Shown here piece by piece: positions 37,873 through 50,299 of a stretch of 62,554 nt of DNA. The notes under the pieces are model-generated. The model was not told the DNA's origin. It saw nothing but the letters and a program-made list of their open reading frames with translations, and made no database searches. Made by a program: the position numbers and the translations under genes. Origin of the DNA: Octopus sinensis. Taxonomy: Eukaryota. Position 1 is the first letter of the stretch. Every line of letters starts with the position of its first letter. The stretch covers positions 1 to 62,554 of the forward strand of contig NW_021834360.1 in the NCBI RefSeq assembly GCF_006345805.1, written 5' to 3'.

Positions 37873-37919
37873 GTAATTATTATTATTAGCATTATTACTG
37901 TTATCATTATTATATACAC

Positions 37920-39030
37920 GCACAAGAGATTAGCCTGTTGTAAAAGAAAAAAAATCCTAACATCGAGCTACAAGTGACCTTAGATGTCTAGAACACTCCT
38001 AAGTATCCTAGCTGTCCCTAATAACACTGTTTTCTGAAGCTTTACTAAACTGGCTTTATGCCTATTTCCTCTATCCATCTGTTCAGATCTACAGGGATAG
38101 TTCCCAATACACATATAACTAATGGAATACGTTTTACCTGCACTTTCCGTAGTTTCTGTAATTCTATGGATAGGACCTTGTAATTTACTATTTTTCTATA
38201 TCTCCTATATTGAATTTTTCCTCAATTGGGACCGTGAAATCAATTATCTGGCACATTATATTCTCTTTATCTACCACTACTAAATCAAGCCTTCTAGTTT
38301 CTATTACTCCGTCAGTCTGAATGTTAAATTCCCACAACATCTTGTATTCCTTATTTTCTGGTACTTTACTTGATTCATATTCATACTATTTATTAGTATG
38401 TTCAAATCTTAGCTTTCAACATAACTCCTAGTTGACTACTTTCCCTAGTTGTCATGTCTTTTCTTGTATTATTTCTATGCCAGCATCCTACTTTCATTTA
38501 CTATATCAGTAATGCTTTCCTCGTTTGATTTGCATAATCTAGACTGGGAATCTACTTGGATTTTTCTATCTTGGCTTTTATCCAATTAGTTCTTAGTACA
38601 TGATTTTGTGCAGCTACTAACAAACCTTATGTCTCCCTTTTCAGCTTTTATTTCTGCAATCATAATCATGTCTTACTACTTCTATTTGCTGCAACTATCT
38701 TTGAGAATCTATAATCCAACGCCTTCTCGTGTCAGTCAGATACTCTCTGTTTATTTTTTCTTGTTTTTGAATTCGATTGGGGTTTTGGTTACCTTGTGCC
38801 TTGCTGTGATTCTAACACTTTTAATAAACTTTCTTCACTGTTATCTACAGAGGAGTCTATATCTGCTCTAGCTATCTCCACGCAGTCTTCTACTGATATT
38901 AACTCTCTTCTGCCTTTCTTTCTAGATAAGTATAATCTTACTACTCCTGCTCTTAGGTGGAATTCTCTATTCATATTGAATTCCTTCCTAGTTCTTCTGT
39001 TTAGCTGTGGTCATTCTGCATCTTTACTGA
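37920..39030 (-). mobile_element. R4/Dong-like family C, decayed 3' fragment
   Basis: FHLRAGVVRLYLSRKKGRRELISVEDC; WEFNIQTDGVIETRRLDLVVVD; the 3' end abuts (TTA)n. Confidence 0.78.
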
Positions 39031-40190
39031 TCCACTGCCGAATGAGAGGCCTTCACTTACAGGTTCAGATTCATGTTCGCTGTTGCAACTAAAAGATTTC
39101 GTAAACTCCTGTCTCACATGAACTGAGGTAAAGTAACGTTCATCACCATCGTCAATCAGCTATAGTTGGAAATCATTTAAAAAACCAAAACTGCACTATG
39201 TCACTCGAAGTTGTCAAGATTGTGTTCATAAATGTGTTAAGTAAAACACAAGGTCTGAGTAACTGAAAAGAATTGAAGGCGATGAAGAAGGCAATTTTTA
39301 GAATAAAATTAGAGTTGTTTGAGGTAAGAACAACAGTCTGAATGTTCTTAAGTTAGAAAGGTTACCTTTAAATTTTAATGATACAGTTACCTGTTTCCAT
39401 ACACGTTCATTAAGAGATGTGAAGTATTAAAATACATGAGTTTAGCACCAGCTCATGAGTATACATTTATAACTTTCGAGGATAGAATATCAACTGGACA
39501 CATTCTTTTGTGGAAATTTGATGAATAAGAGATTGTAACACCTAATAAATAGGTGCATGGGTGTTGGACAAATTGCTCTTGAAAAGAAAATTCTGGAAAA
39601 CAATTCATTGAGAATACAGAAACGAAACTGGAGGGAAATGACTACCAATTCCACTTGCTCATCAGTTCAACTTGCTCATCAATTCAATTTGACTATCAAT
39701 TCAACTACAGTTATAAATCAATCTCAGTTGAGGTGTATTGGGTAAGAGAAGATACCTCTAAGTCATATTACAGTTAATGGGGGTCAGAAATAAGTGTTCA
39801 GTCATTACTTTTCCAAAAGGTTTAACACATGATATATTTTCCTTGTCTTTCTAAAGCTGAATGTCCTCTCATTCTCTCTCTCCTTATGTATCTATCTCAC
39901 ACACACACACACACACGTACGCTCACACACTCTCACACACACACACACACACATTCAAACGAAAATGTACGCAAGATGTATCTAATATCAAACTATAAAT
40001 GTTTAATGACATTCTTAATTTAAATTTTCACAATAAAACTCGCAGATATAATTCCGACTTTGGTCTAACCTTTTTCATTTGTACTCTCTACTCTGATTGT
40101 TTCGTTTACGTTGAGAAAATACATAGGCTTTTGATAAACTACTGAATTTAATCATTTAATTCACACATAAATTGTTAAAGAATTATAGTA

Positions 40191-40907
40191 TACTAGCAGT
40201 ATAGCTCGGCTTTTCTCGGGATTAAGTTAGTATTATTAAGCTAATCAAGCTGTTTATTTCCAACCAAACTAACATCGACGTCAAATTTGAGCGAAATCCG
40301 TTGAAATTGGTAAACTTTTGGCTGAAAATGAGTTACAGACAATTTGATTGGGAAATCCCATAAGCAATCGGTTTATCGGTTTTTGCCACTCATCGATTTT
40401 TGTTTTTTTGTTTTTGGAGAACTTAAAGCATTCGAAGATCCAATGAATCCTAAGTAATGCTGGCATCAAGTTTGAACAAAATACATCAAAATTGGTAAAC
40501 GTTATGGCTGAAAATGGGGTATAGCCAATTTTATTGGGAAATCCTCTAAGGAATCGGGTTATCGATTTTTTTTTATCCTGATTAAATGGAAAACCCCATA
40601 AGGAATCAGTATATTGATTTTTTACCCCAAATAGAATTATTTTTATACTTTAAATTTGGTTTTCACACCCAACACAGTTCTGCAGAATCAGTGTCGCGAC
40701 GAGAGCGCATGGGTTGGGAGTTTGATCGGCAGAGGTGATCGGGTTGCACATACCAGCTTTTTGACCCCCCCCCCAATCGAAGTCCCCTTTGACCATGGGT
40801 TGGAAACCCTTCCAAGAAGTAAAATAGAATGCCCAAAAGGGCTCCCGATCCTCTGTGTCAGAAGCGGTTATGTTCAGATCACAACGAAGCCTTAAGTGTA
40901 TATATAT

Positions 40908-40963
<56 letters not shown>

Positions 40964-41759
40964 ATATGTAAGTATGGGCAACACACACACAAACATACAC
41001 ACACATACGTACACGTACTGCATACATGTTCGTGTGTGTGTTTGTGTGTGACTGAAGCCATTCACTCATACATACATAACAATCCCCCCCTCTCTCTCTC
41101 TCTGTCTTCACACACACTATCAAAACAACTCATACACACTACACTTTCTGTGCTGCACACCGCATATTTGTGTGTGCGTGCGTATTTGATGGGGTGTTCA
41201 ATACAGAAAGTGTAGTGTGTATGAGTTGTTTTGTTAGTGTGTGTGAAGAGAGAGAGAGAGACGATAACAGATTTTTTATTTCGTTTTTAGTGATTGATTG
41301 ACAGACAAAAAGAGAGGGAGTGAGAGAGGAGATGTTATGTATATATTTATGTGTAAATGGCTTCAGTCACACACACACACGAACATGTATGCGTACAAAA
41401 GACAGGTACGCAATAGGTGTACGTGCGTGTGTGTGTGTGTGTGTTGCCCGTATATCAACAAAACACTTTTTTCTTCGATGGATAAAAAACAAGTCTTAGC
41501 AAAAACTTACTCGTCGCTCATATTTGCAAACAATGTTGAATTTCTCCGAGTTTAAAATTGTTTAAAGTTTTGGTTGAACATATATTTTTACCGCTATTCG
41601 CTGGTGCCTCTGGGGAAAATAAGTTGACGAAATTACAGCTAGGATCAAGACGAATGTCCTCCTAAAATTAGAGCGACATTCGTGCTAATTTGTGGAGTGC
41701 ATAAATTACATTCACGTACGCACACGCACACACACACATCCTGCCTTATATATACAGAT
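40191..41759 (+). mobile_element. Non-autonomous Helitron/Helentron-type (HINE/DINE-like) element
   Basis: 5' TACTAGCAG...ctcggcttttctcggg hairpin; internal ~180-bp duplication; microsatellites; 3' ...ccttatatatacagat. Absent from the paralogous segment at 23120-23520. Confidence 0.62.
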
Positions 41760-42456
41760 TATATTATCATTTATTTTCAATGCATTACAAAGGAGAATCT
41801 GTTGCCCGTTAAAATTATGTTCTACGTATTATACCTAAAAGTTTGAATGGATATTGAAAGAAAGGAAATATTTTGTGATATATCTTATTCGTTTACATTG
41901 TTTGAGATTTTAACAAATTTAATTTCAGTTTAATCAACGTTTAAATATTCAGGAATATCATTTAGACTAGGCCCTTTTCAATATTAAAAGGCGGCAACTT
42001 TATTACTTCGAATTTGGTATTTGTCCTACCTTCTAAGAGACACGTTAGTGACAATGTGAATATATTATCAACGAATAAATTTTGATTTTGGCTTTAATCA
42101 ATACGCTGATTCTTATTGTAGAACTCTAGAGTCGATTAAATTGCTCAACGATCTCATGAGTCATTCTGTGTAATTCCAATAAGATGAAAGTCTATATCCG
42201 TTTGTTTTAAATTTATATGTAAACAGAGGTAATAAATAATTTACCTGCTATAATGGTTAGATCAGCACCCTTCATTTGCCAATAATTTACTCCTTATTTT
42301 TTTGTATGTATATATTCACTATTTACCGAGTATATTGACACAAACTTTTCAACAGTGTATTCACTATTTTACATCAAGCCATCAATAACTGGTGTACATA
42401 TACATATACACGCATACACATACATATATATATTACACAACACTACCCCACTGAAT

Positions 42457-43729
42457 ATGGCCAATAATTTTCAAAAACGCCGCTGGGTTGAAAATGAAAT
42501 TACTGCAATGATTAACGCTTGGTTCATCCATCACAACGAAGCTAATGTTTACAGTAAAATAACTGAGGATTTGACGAAAAAATCCTTTCACAGATCTGTA
42601 AAACAGATAGAAAAAAAATTAAAAGAAATTGTTAGGATATTCCCTATTTTTCACGCGCACATGGCTACACTAAAAGCCATTCTTGCCAACGAATCCAGTA
42701 CCACAAATGACCAAATTCCAACAGGTCAGGGGTCACTTCAACAGCAACAATCAACTGACCTACTTCCATTGTCAACAGCACCTGATGAACCAAGTCAAGT
42801 TTCACCTTCGCTACAGCAACAAAAACAACAACAACAACAACAACAACACTAATACTACCACTAGTCAAGTTCCAATGCTGCTACAACAAAAACAACTCTC
42901 CACTACTGCCACAATAGGAAAATCACTACTACATCCGCGTAAAACTATCTGCCATTACTACTCTCAAGGCAGCTGCAGATTTGACCACATTCTGGCAAGC
43001 CAGAACCCACCATCACAAAATCAACAAGCTGCTTCTAACACCACTGCTACTACTGCCAAAATAGAAAAACCACTACTACAACCAAATAGAACCCCCTGGC
43101 GTTACTATTCTAAAGGCCATTGTAGATTTGGCCCCAGCGGCACAAACAAAAATGGACGCTGTGCTTTTCCCCATCCGACCTTATGTCGTAGACTTGCTAT
43201 GGGCACCTGTCCATACGGTATAACAGGAAGAAATTGCCCCCACCTCCACCCCAAATACTGTCCTAAATACAGAATCTATGGTTCTGATCCTAAATACGGA
43301 TGCATAAGAGGCAATGGATGCACCTTATTCCATCCTAAACTGTGCCAAACTTCTGTCTCACAAAGGATGTGCCTGAACCCAGAATGCAACTACCACCATC
43401 TGAAGGGCACAAAACGATCACAGAATAGATATAAACAGGAACAGAGGAAATCTAGGACAACAACAAGAACAAAATACAACCACGTTTCCCCTCCTGCAAT
43501 CAAACAACGTAGACAGAACCATGAAAAAACACCAAATAACGCCAACTTGAAATATGTATCTTGTGACCAAGTGGCAAACCAAACAAGTAACTCTTTTTTA
43601 CTGACATACCTGGAAAATATGAAGGCCGACCTAAGCCAGGAGATCCAGCGAGCCATCACCAACCATCTATGCAAATCACAAGGACCACTCACCCATTACC
43701 AACTTCCCTTACCTCGACATTCCTGTTAA
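42457..43729 (+). CDS. LINE ORF1: Myb/SANT-like N-terminus, poly-Q, multiple CCCH zinc fingers (one frameshift near 42820-42852)
   Basis: RRWVENEITAMINAW...VYSKITEDLTKKSFHRSVKQIEKKLKEI; CPYGITGRNCPHLHP, GCIRGNGCTLFHP, CLNPECNYHH. Confidence 0.72.
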
Positions 43730-46585
43730 ATGTACGTGGCATCAACCCATCAATTATTGCCCAAAAATGGAAGATCCCATATATAGAGAGTTGGATTGCC
43801 GAAATGGCACATTGCTTCCCTTTCTTTATCCTTACCGAGACTCACCTGAACAACACCCATATGGACGCAGGGGTGAAAATAAAAGATTTCACCATTGTTC
43901 GTGCGGATCGCACAGACCGAAATAAGGGAGGGACAGCCATCTTTATCCATGACTCCTTTTCACTTGATGCCAAGGACACATTTTCCAATGGCTACTGTGA
44001 ATCGGTATCACTATACAACAAAGCCAAGGACATAACCATTGTTGGTCTTTACAGGCCTCCCCAGGCACCTCTAAAGTACTTAGAAGAGTGCCTTAGCAAA
44101 GTCAAGTCCTTCCTTCGGAAGTACCACTCCGGAAACATACTAGTGATGGGTGATTTTAACCTCCCTCATGTGAACTGGCCCACAAATACTCCGAAGTTAG
44201 GCAAGTGCTCTACATCAGATAGGGCAGCAGCAGAACTGCTCTTTAATCTGATGGATGAGTATTTCCTGACTCTGCTAGTGCTTGAACCAACGAGACAGAA
44301 TAAAACGATCTTGGATCTGGTATTGACCAATCACTCTAGCTACGTTCACAGTATTTCAGTCGAAAAAACTCTCCTCTCAGACCACGACATGGTACTCTGC
44401 AATCTTAATTCTCGACATATAAAAACCAAACCAGCCACTCCCACTCCATGGCACCCATTTGACAACATAAACTTCCACAAAGCGGACTGGGGAACAATCA
44501 GAAAGGATCTGTCTTCCATCGACTGGTCTTTTACTCTCAATTCCCCTCATATTGAGACCGCGTGGCAGCACTTTGAAAACATTGTCACCTATACATGCTC
44601 TAAACACGCTCCCAAGAAATCTACTAACACAAACAGAAACCGGCTCCCTAAAAAGAAAAAAACACTCATCAGGCGCATCAAAAGACTCAACAAAAATTCA
44701 ACCAATTAAAATATTCCCACACACAACATCCACATTCAACAACAATGAAAAGACTAGAGCTGGAAAAACTTCATCTGCAGACTAACATGAAAACCTCCAT
44801 TGAAAATCAAAGAGCTGTGGAGGAACAATGGGTAATCAAAAACATCAAACAGAACCCAAAAGTGTTCTATTCTTATGCAAATAAGCATAGAAGCACTGTC
44901 TCACCCATTGGGCCATTGATTGATGATAACGGCATTCCCCAACACGATGCTAAAGAAATGGCAGAAATACTGCAGAAACAATACTGCTCTGTCTTCAGTG
45001 TTCCCACGTGAGGGAAACGAACGAAGTTGACTCCCAACACAAAATCGCAGACATAACCTTCACTGCCACCGACATCGTAGCAGCAATAAATGAGGTCAAA
45101 CATTACTCTGCTGTAGGCCCTGATAGATTTCCCGCTAGTCTCCTGAAGGAATGTAGATATCAACTTGCAGTCCCTCTGACCAACCTCTGGAGAAACTCGT
45201 TAGACGCAGGTTATATACCGAAACAGTTTCTATCCCAGTCGGTCATCCCGGTTTTCAAACAGGGAAACAGATCCCTCGCAGTCAACTATCGCCCAATCTC
45301 ACTCACCTCCCACATCATTAAAGTGTTCGAAAGAGTGTTAAGATCAAGGATAGCTGACTTCCTGGAGACCCACAAACTCCTAAATTCAAATCAGCATGGC
45401 TTTCGCTCTGGCAGGGACTGTCTAACACAGCTCTTACACCACATTGAAGATGTACTCAAAGCCTTGGGAACAGGTTCGAACTCTGACGTCATATATCTTG
45501 ATTTCAGCAAAGCGTTCGACAGGGTAGACCATAACATACTACTCTCGAAATTGGCAAATGTTGGAATCCGTGGAAAAGTTCTACACTGGATACAGTATTT
45601 CCTGGCGAATAGAACACAACATGTTGTAGTTGATGGAGTCCACTCAAACCCAGCAAAAGTCACCAGCGGTGTTCCCCAGGGAACTGTTTTGGGTCAGCTA
45701 CTCTTCATAATTTACGTAAACGACCTTTCCAGTGTCGTACATCACTGCAAAGTGAAAATATTCGCTGATGACACTAAGCTCCATCAAATCGTCAATGAAG
45801 AAGCAGACCGAACTCAACTCCAGTCTGATCTATATGCTGTGAGTCAATGGGTAGACAGAAGCAAAATGCAACTGAATGAGGGAAAATTTGAGCTGATGCA
45901 TTTTGGAAGAAATTCCTCACTAAAACAACCATACTCTCTTCCTTCAGGGGAACCGCTCACAGCCTCTAACAATATCAGAGACCTGCGTGTAATTGTTGAT
46001 GACGATCTCAGTTGGAGTGCACACATCAACAAGAAGGTCGATATAGCTCGTAGGATGAGTTCCTTGATCTTAAGAACTTTCCGGTCCAGAGAACAAGGTG
46101 TCATCATACCACATTTTTCCTCCTTTGTACGGCCACACCTTGAATACTGCTGCCCACTGTGGTCTCCTCACACAAGACAAAACATCTCCAGAATTGAGTC
46201 ACCCCAGAGGGCTCTCACTAAACAAATTGAAGGCATGGCTGCTCTCGATTATTGGGATCGCCTTAAAGCCTTGAAACTTTACTCCCTCCAGCGTCGCCGT
46301 GAGCGGTACATCATTTGTACGATGTGGAAAATATACCGCCAACTTTACCCAAACGACCTAAACATTAGCTTCAAGGTTCATCCAAGACTTGGACCACGGG
46401 CTATACGTCCCCTGCCAAATTCAAGATCACAACATACATGTACACTGCAACATAATTTCTTTTCCTCAATAGGCCCTGCCCTATTTAACATTGTCCCGAG
46501 GGAGATCAAAGAGGAAAAGGATCCCATCAACTTTAAACAGAGTCTGATAGATTCCTTCAAAGAATACCAGATAAGCCACCCATAA
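43669..46585 (+). CDS. LINE ORF2 (AP endonuclease plus RT), broken by two frameshifts near 44690-44745 and 45005
   Basis: ORFs 43669-44709, 44745-45011 and 45008-46585 are colinear parts of one protein. Confidence 0.9.
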
Positions 46586-46586
46586 T

Positions 46587-46672
46587 TGGATACAACTCAC
46601 CCAACAAGAACTCACTACTTGAACAAAACTGGATACAACTCACCCAACAAGAACTCACTACTTGAACAAAAC
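46587..46672 (+). repeat. 43-bp tandem duplication at the end of LINE ORF2
   Basis: tggatacaactcacccaacaagaactcactacttgaacaaaac occurs twice. Confidence 0.92.
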
Positions 46673-48479
46673 TTGACTTAAACAGGATTCGAATAATCCT
46701 ATCAGGTGGTGCTATTAAGTTAGACATAGCCTGGACCAATCTCTGGTCGAAACATATCTAAGTTTTATCTAAGTTTTATATATATATATATATATATATA
46801 TTCATATTTATATATATATGAAAAACATGAAGACATAGAAGACGTTGAAATATTTCTTTACTTTTCCTGAATTTTTCTTGCCACTAGGATCGAGGAATGG
46901 ATTTCAGTATCTAGTTTACTGGTGCAAATAACAAGAAATCAATTTAAGTTAACTTATGCGATAGGATAAGATTCATCGTAATTATTTCTAAGTTAGACCC
47001 CCATTCCTGTAATTTGAAGCGGATAGCTTGTAGTTGATTACATTGAATACGGAGGAATACAAGGTAAAGTTGACCTCGGAGTGATATAAGTTCAAATTGT
47101 AAAAAGCCAGAAAATATACTCCGAATCATTTCCAAAGCTGTAACATATCTATCAATCAAACACATTTGTAGTGGAAGTCATATTAAGACGTGAATATGTG
47201 TGAAGTTCCTTCTCGTAGTGACCGTGAAATTAACAAATACTATTCCACTATATTATTATTTATAGTCTACTTTATGATGTTCCCTAACTCTTCTAGTAAC
47301 AGTAAATGTCATAGCTCAGTATTTTAAGAAACTATTGAAAGAGAAACAAAGAATAACTAGAGATGCAATTATAACAGTAAATGCTCGTTGTTGTTGTTGT
47401 TTTATAACATTGCAATTTCACAGTATTAACATCCATACTTATAATTCACATAAATCATATAATTGGGAAATAGCATGAGCACCTGAATTTCCCATTCTCT
47501 GGTCCTTCTGTATGTGATCGTGCACTTTAAGTTTGACAATACAATGCAACTCCAGACATCTGTGTTGTTTGACTGGCTAGAAATAGCAGTTAAATCACTT
47601 TTACATCACACCAACCGCCACAAGAAATGTACGTCACATAGGGCCACGTCTACATAGTGATGTACAAAAAGAAACGTCGTGGAGATACCTGCAATATTAA
47701 GTCATCTCATTGTCTAGGACAACTCCAAGGCTAGACAACTGTTGCTGCTGCAGCACCTCATCCACTTCCACTTCATCCCCTCCAGCACCTCCCCCCTCCT
47801 CCTCCTCCTCCTAATACTACTACTACTACCACCACCACCACCACCACTACTACTACTACTATACTACTACTACTAATATTACCACCACATTAATAAATTT
47901 CTAAAGCTATACTTTGCATTCAGCTTGAAAAGCACATACTTATATCATAAGAAGTATGTGATTATCTGTCATATTAATTTTAACTATTAATTTTAACTAT
48001 TAATTCATATTAATTTTAACTATTGACACACATTGCTGACTTCCCTAGAAGACAAAGTTACTAATTTTGTAAGAAAGATTTAAGAATAGGTACAACTTAG
48101 TTAAAGAGATAACTCTGTTATTGTTAAACGTTATGAATATAAATGATACAGAAAATTTGCTGTACATAAGCAAATATGTAAATGCAAAATCTTTATTATT
48201 TTCTTTTATAAAGTAAATCTATTCCATTTCCTACTTTTCTACATAATTGTCTTGTTTATTTACAATGCGAAAATCGTACTCGACTAAAATACATTAGACA
48301 AATTTACTGTTATTCATGTAAATCTTGCATAAATAATAGCACTGCCTATTTCAGTAATCAAATAGTTTTCGAGTCTCTAGAAGCAGGATTTTAGATTAAA
48401 TTTGTCAACTATTTATGTGTCCTCTTTTCAAGAGAAGCGTCATATATTGGTGAACAATCAACAGCGTTGGGAAGCATAA

Positions 48480-48985
48480 AGATAAAAGTTGTAGTTGAGA
48501 AAACTTTAGCTAACATATAGGAATGGAAGCCATCTGAATGTTGGTAAGGATTTACCTGTATCATGGTCAATAGCAGCGAGTATTCAAACGCCGACATCAT
48601 GATTTCGGTTCAAAGAGTGATTTGTGAGAAATGTAGAGGCTGTAAGATGTGATATGTACATCATGGAAACAAAGTTACCCCAAAGTTGCTGGAATGATTC
48701 GTCTCCTTGCTCTATCTCAAGTGGTTGTCGTAAAATATTTACGAATTCACCAGCCCTAATTTCTGGGATCCTAATTTCCCCAATTTTAATTCAACGGGTT
48801 ACTATGTGTTGGGTGCAGTTGAGAAAGTCATCAAGTGCGCTGCCTGCAACGCTAAGGCCGAGGTGTTCGAAGAGTTACCTTTGTACACATTGAGAAATGC
48901 ATGTACCAAGTTTCGGACCTGTCTTGAGGCCGTGTTGGAAATTGAGGCCGCTACCTTGAGTAAAGAATTATTTTCTAACCACAAT
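48480..48985 (+). mobile_element. Tc1/mariner-superfamily transposase C-terminal relic
   Basis: NFWDPNFPNFNSTGYYVLGAVE...LRNACTKFRTCLEAVLE resembles WPPNSPDLNP-DY-VWG...RLEAV. Confidence 0.68.
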
Positions 48986-49975
48986 CTCGTTAATATCTAA
49001 AAACAAAAATATATATTTTATTTTTGGATGGAATATTGTATTTTCTTGATATTTTATGCAAACTATCTAATTTAACCCGAACACAGCTCAAAGAAGTGGG
49101 GGAGCAATATTTCAATTACGTCGACTCTAATAGAATACTTGTTATTTCATCGATACTAAAGAGAAGGAAAACCAAAGTTCAATCTGAGTTCAAATAACAC
49201 CCTGTCGGCAAAATCTGAACTCCGGATATGAAAAGTTGTGGATTTGTTCTTCATCCGTCTTTTTCTACTTTAATTTTGCAAATTACCATATTTTCTGTAC
49301 ATTAGTTATGATAAATTTATCAAAATTTTGTTTTTGTATAACTGCACTTCAATGACTGAATCCAATATACGTGAATGTTGGGTTTCTTAGTTTTATTTTA
49401 GAGTGTTACGTTTATATCTGTATGAGAAGCGTGGAAATGTGTTTCTGAAAGCCTAAACTACATTGTGGGCATAATTCTAAACAACCGAGCCTATTAAAAA
49501 CACTTTTTTTCAATCCAAGTTACATTAAATTTGGTTAAATCCGACAGTCCAATATATTCTCATATGTTAGGTACGTCTATAGGAACGTATGTTTGTATGT
49601 AAAAATATAGTTTTAAAACACAAATGGGGAATTCATTACATTCTGATGCGTTTAAAAATGTTAAGTCATTTCTCTCCTACCTGCAAAACACGGGACACAC
49701 CACCGGATTATATGCAGATTTTGAGCTGCATCAGAGTGGGTGAAAATAACTGCACTGAGTGATCATTTGACTGGTCCTAACTACATAATATAGTCCAGAA
49801 TGCATTGTGCAAGAACAAATTAATCGGAATATCATGATTGATTATGGCTACGCTTGGGCTTAACAACAACAATAACAAGAATATCAATAAGATTCTATAA
49901 TGGTAAAATATACATCGAATAATAAAATGTATTTGCATGCTTATTCTTGATCTGTGATTTACGTTTGTTTTTCAG

Positions 49976-50214
49976 AAAAGTGGCCAAACGAAAACTTTTA
50001 TTTTGGATTGTGTAAAGACATGAAGAAAGACGTCTTTCTATGGCAGAATGGAGAAGCACCTACTTATGATTTCTGGATGGTGGATAGGCCTGACAATCAT
50101 GGTGGCATTCAGCACTGTGGACTTTTAGACGAGAGAAGTAATCACAGATGGAATGATGAAGGTTGCAACGAGCAGGGCTGTGAGAGATATATATGCGAGA
50201 TAGTCATGCAATAA
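49976..50214 (+). CDS. Copy B terminal exon: C-terminal half of a C-type lectin domain
   Basis: Acceptor tttgtttttcag at 49975 (phase 1); FYFGL...FLWQNG...FWMVDRPDNHGGIQHC...WNDEGC...YICE; AATAAA overlaps the stop at 50210-15. Confidence 0.88.
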
Positions 50215-50260
50215 ATGTGTAACTGGAAGAACTGTAATTACACAAGCACAAACAAACAAA

Positions 50261-50299
<39 letters not shown>

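Larger units (their letters stand above)
42312..46778 (+). mobile_element. Near-full-length CR1/L2-group LINE (ORF1, APE, RT)
   Basis: ORF1 42457-43729; APE motifs NVRG, TETHL, YRPP, GDFN, LDLVLTN, SDH; RT motifs YLDFSKAFD, GVPQGTVLG, FADD; (taagttttatc)n tail into (TA)n. Confidence 0.94.

Noticed and set aside
49682-49765. Possible exon 2 (TPPDYMQILSCIRV)
   Set aside because: Lacks W-x2-A-x3-C and ends in a stop.
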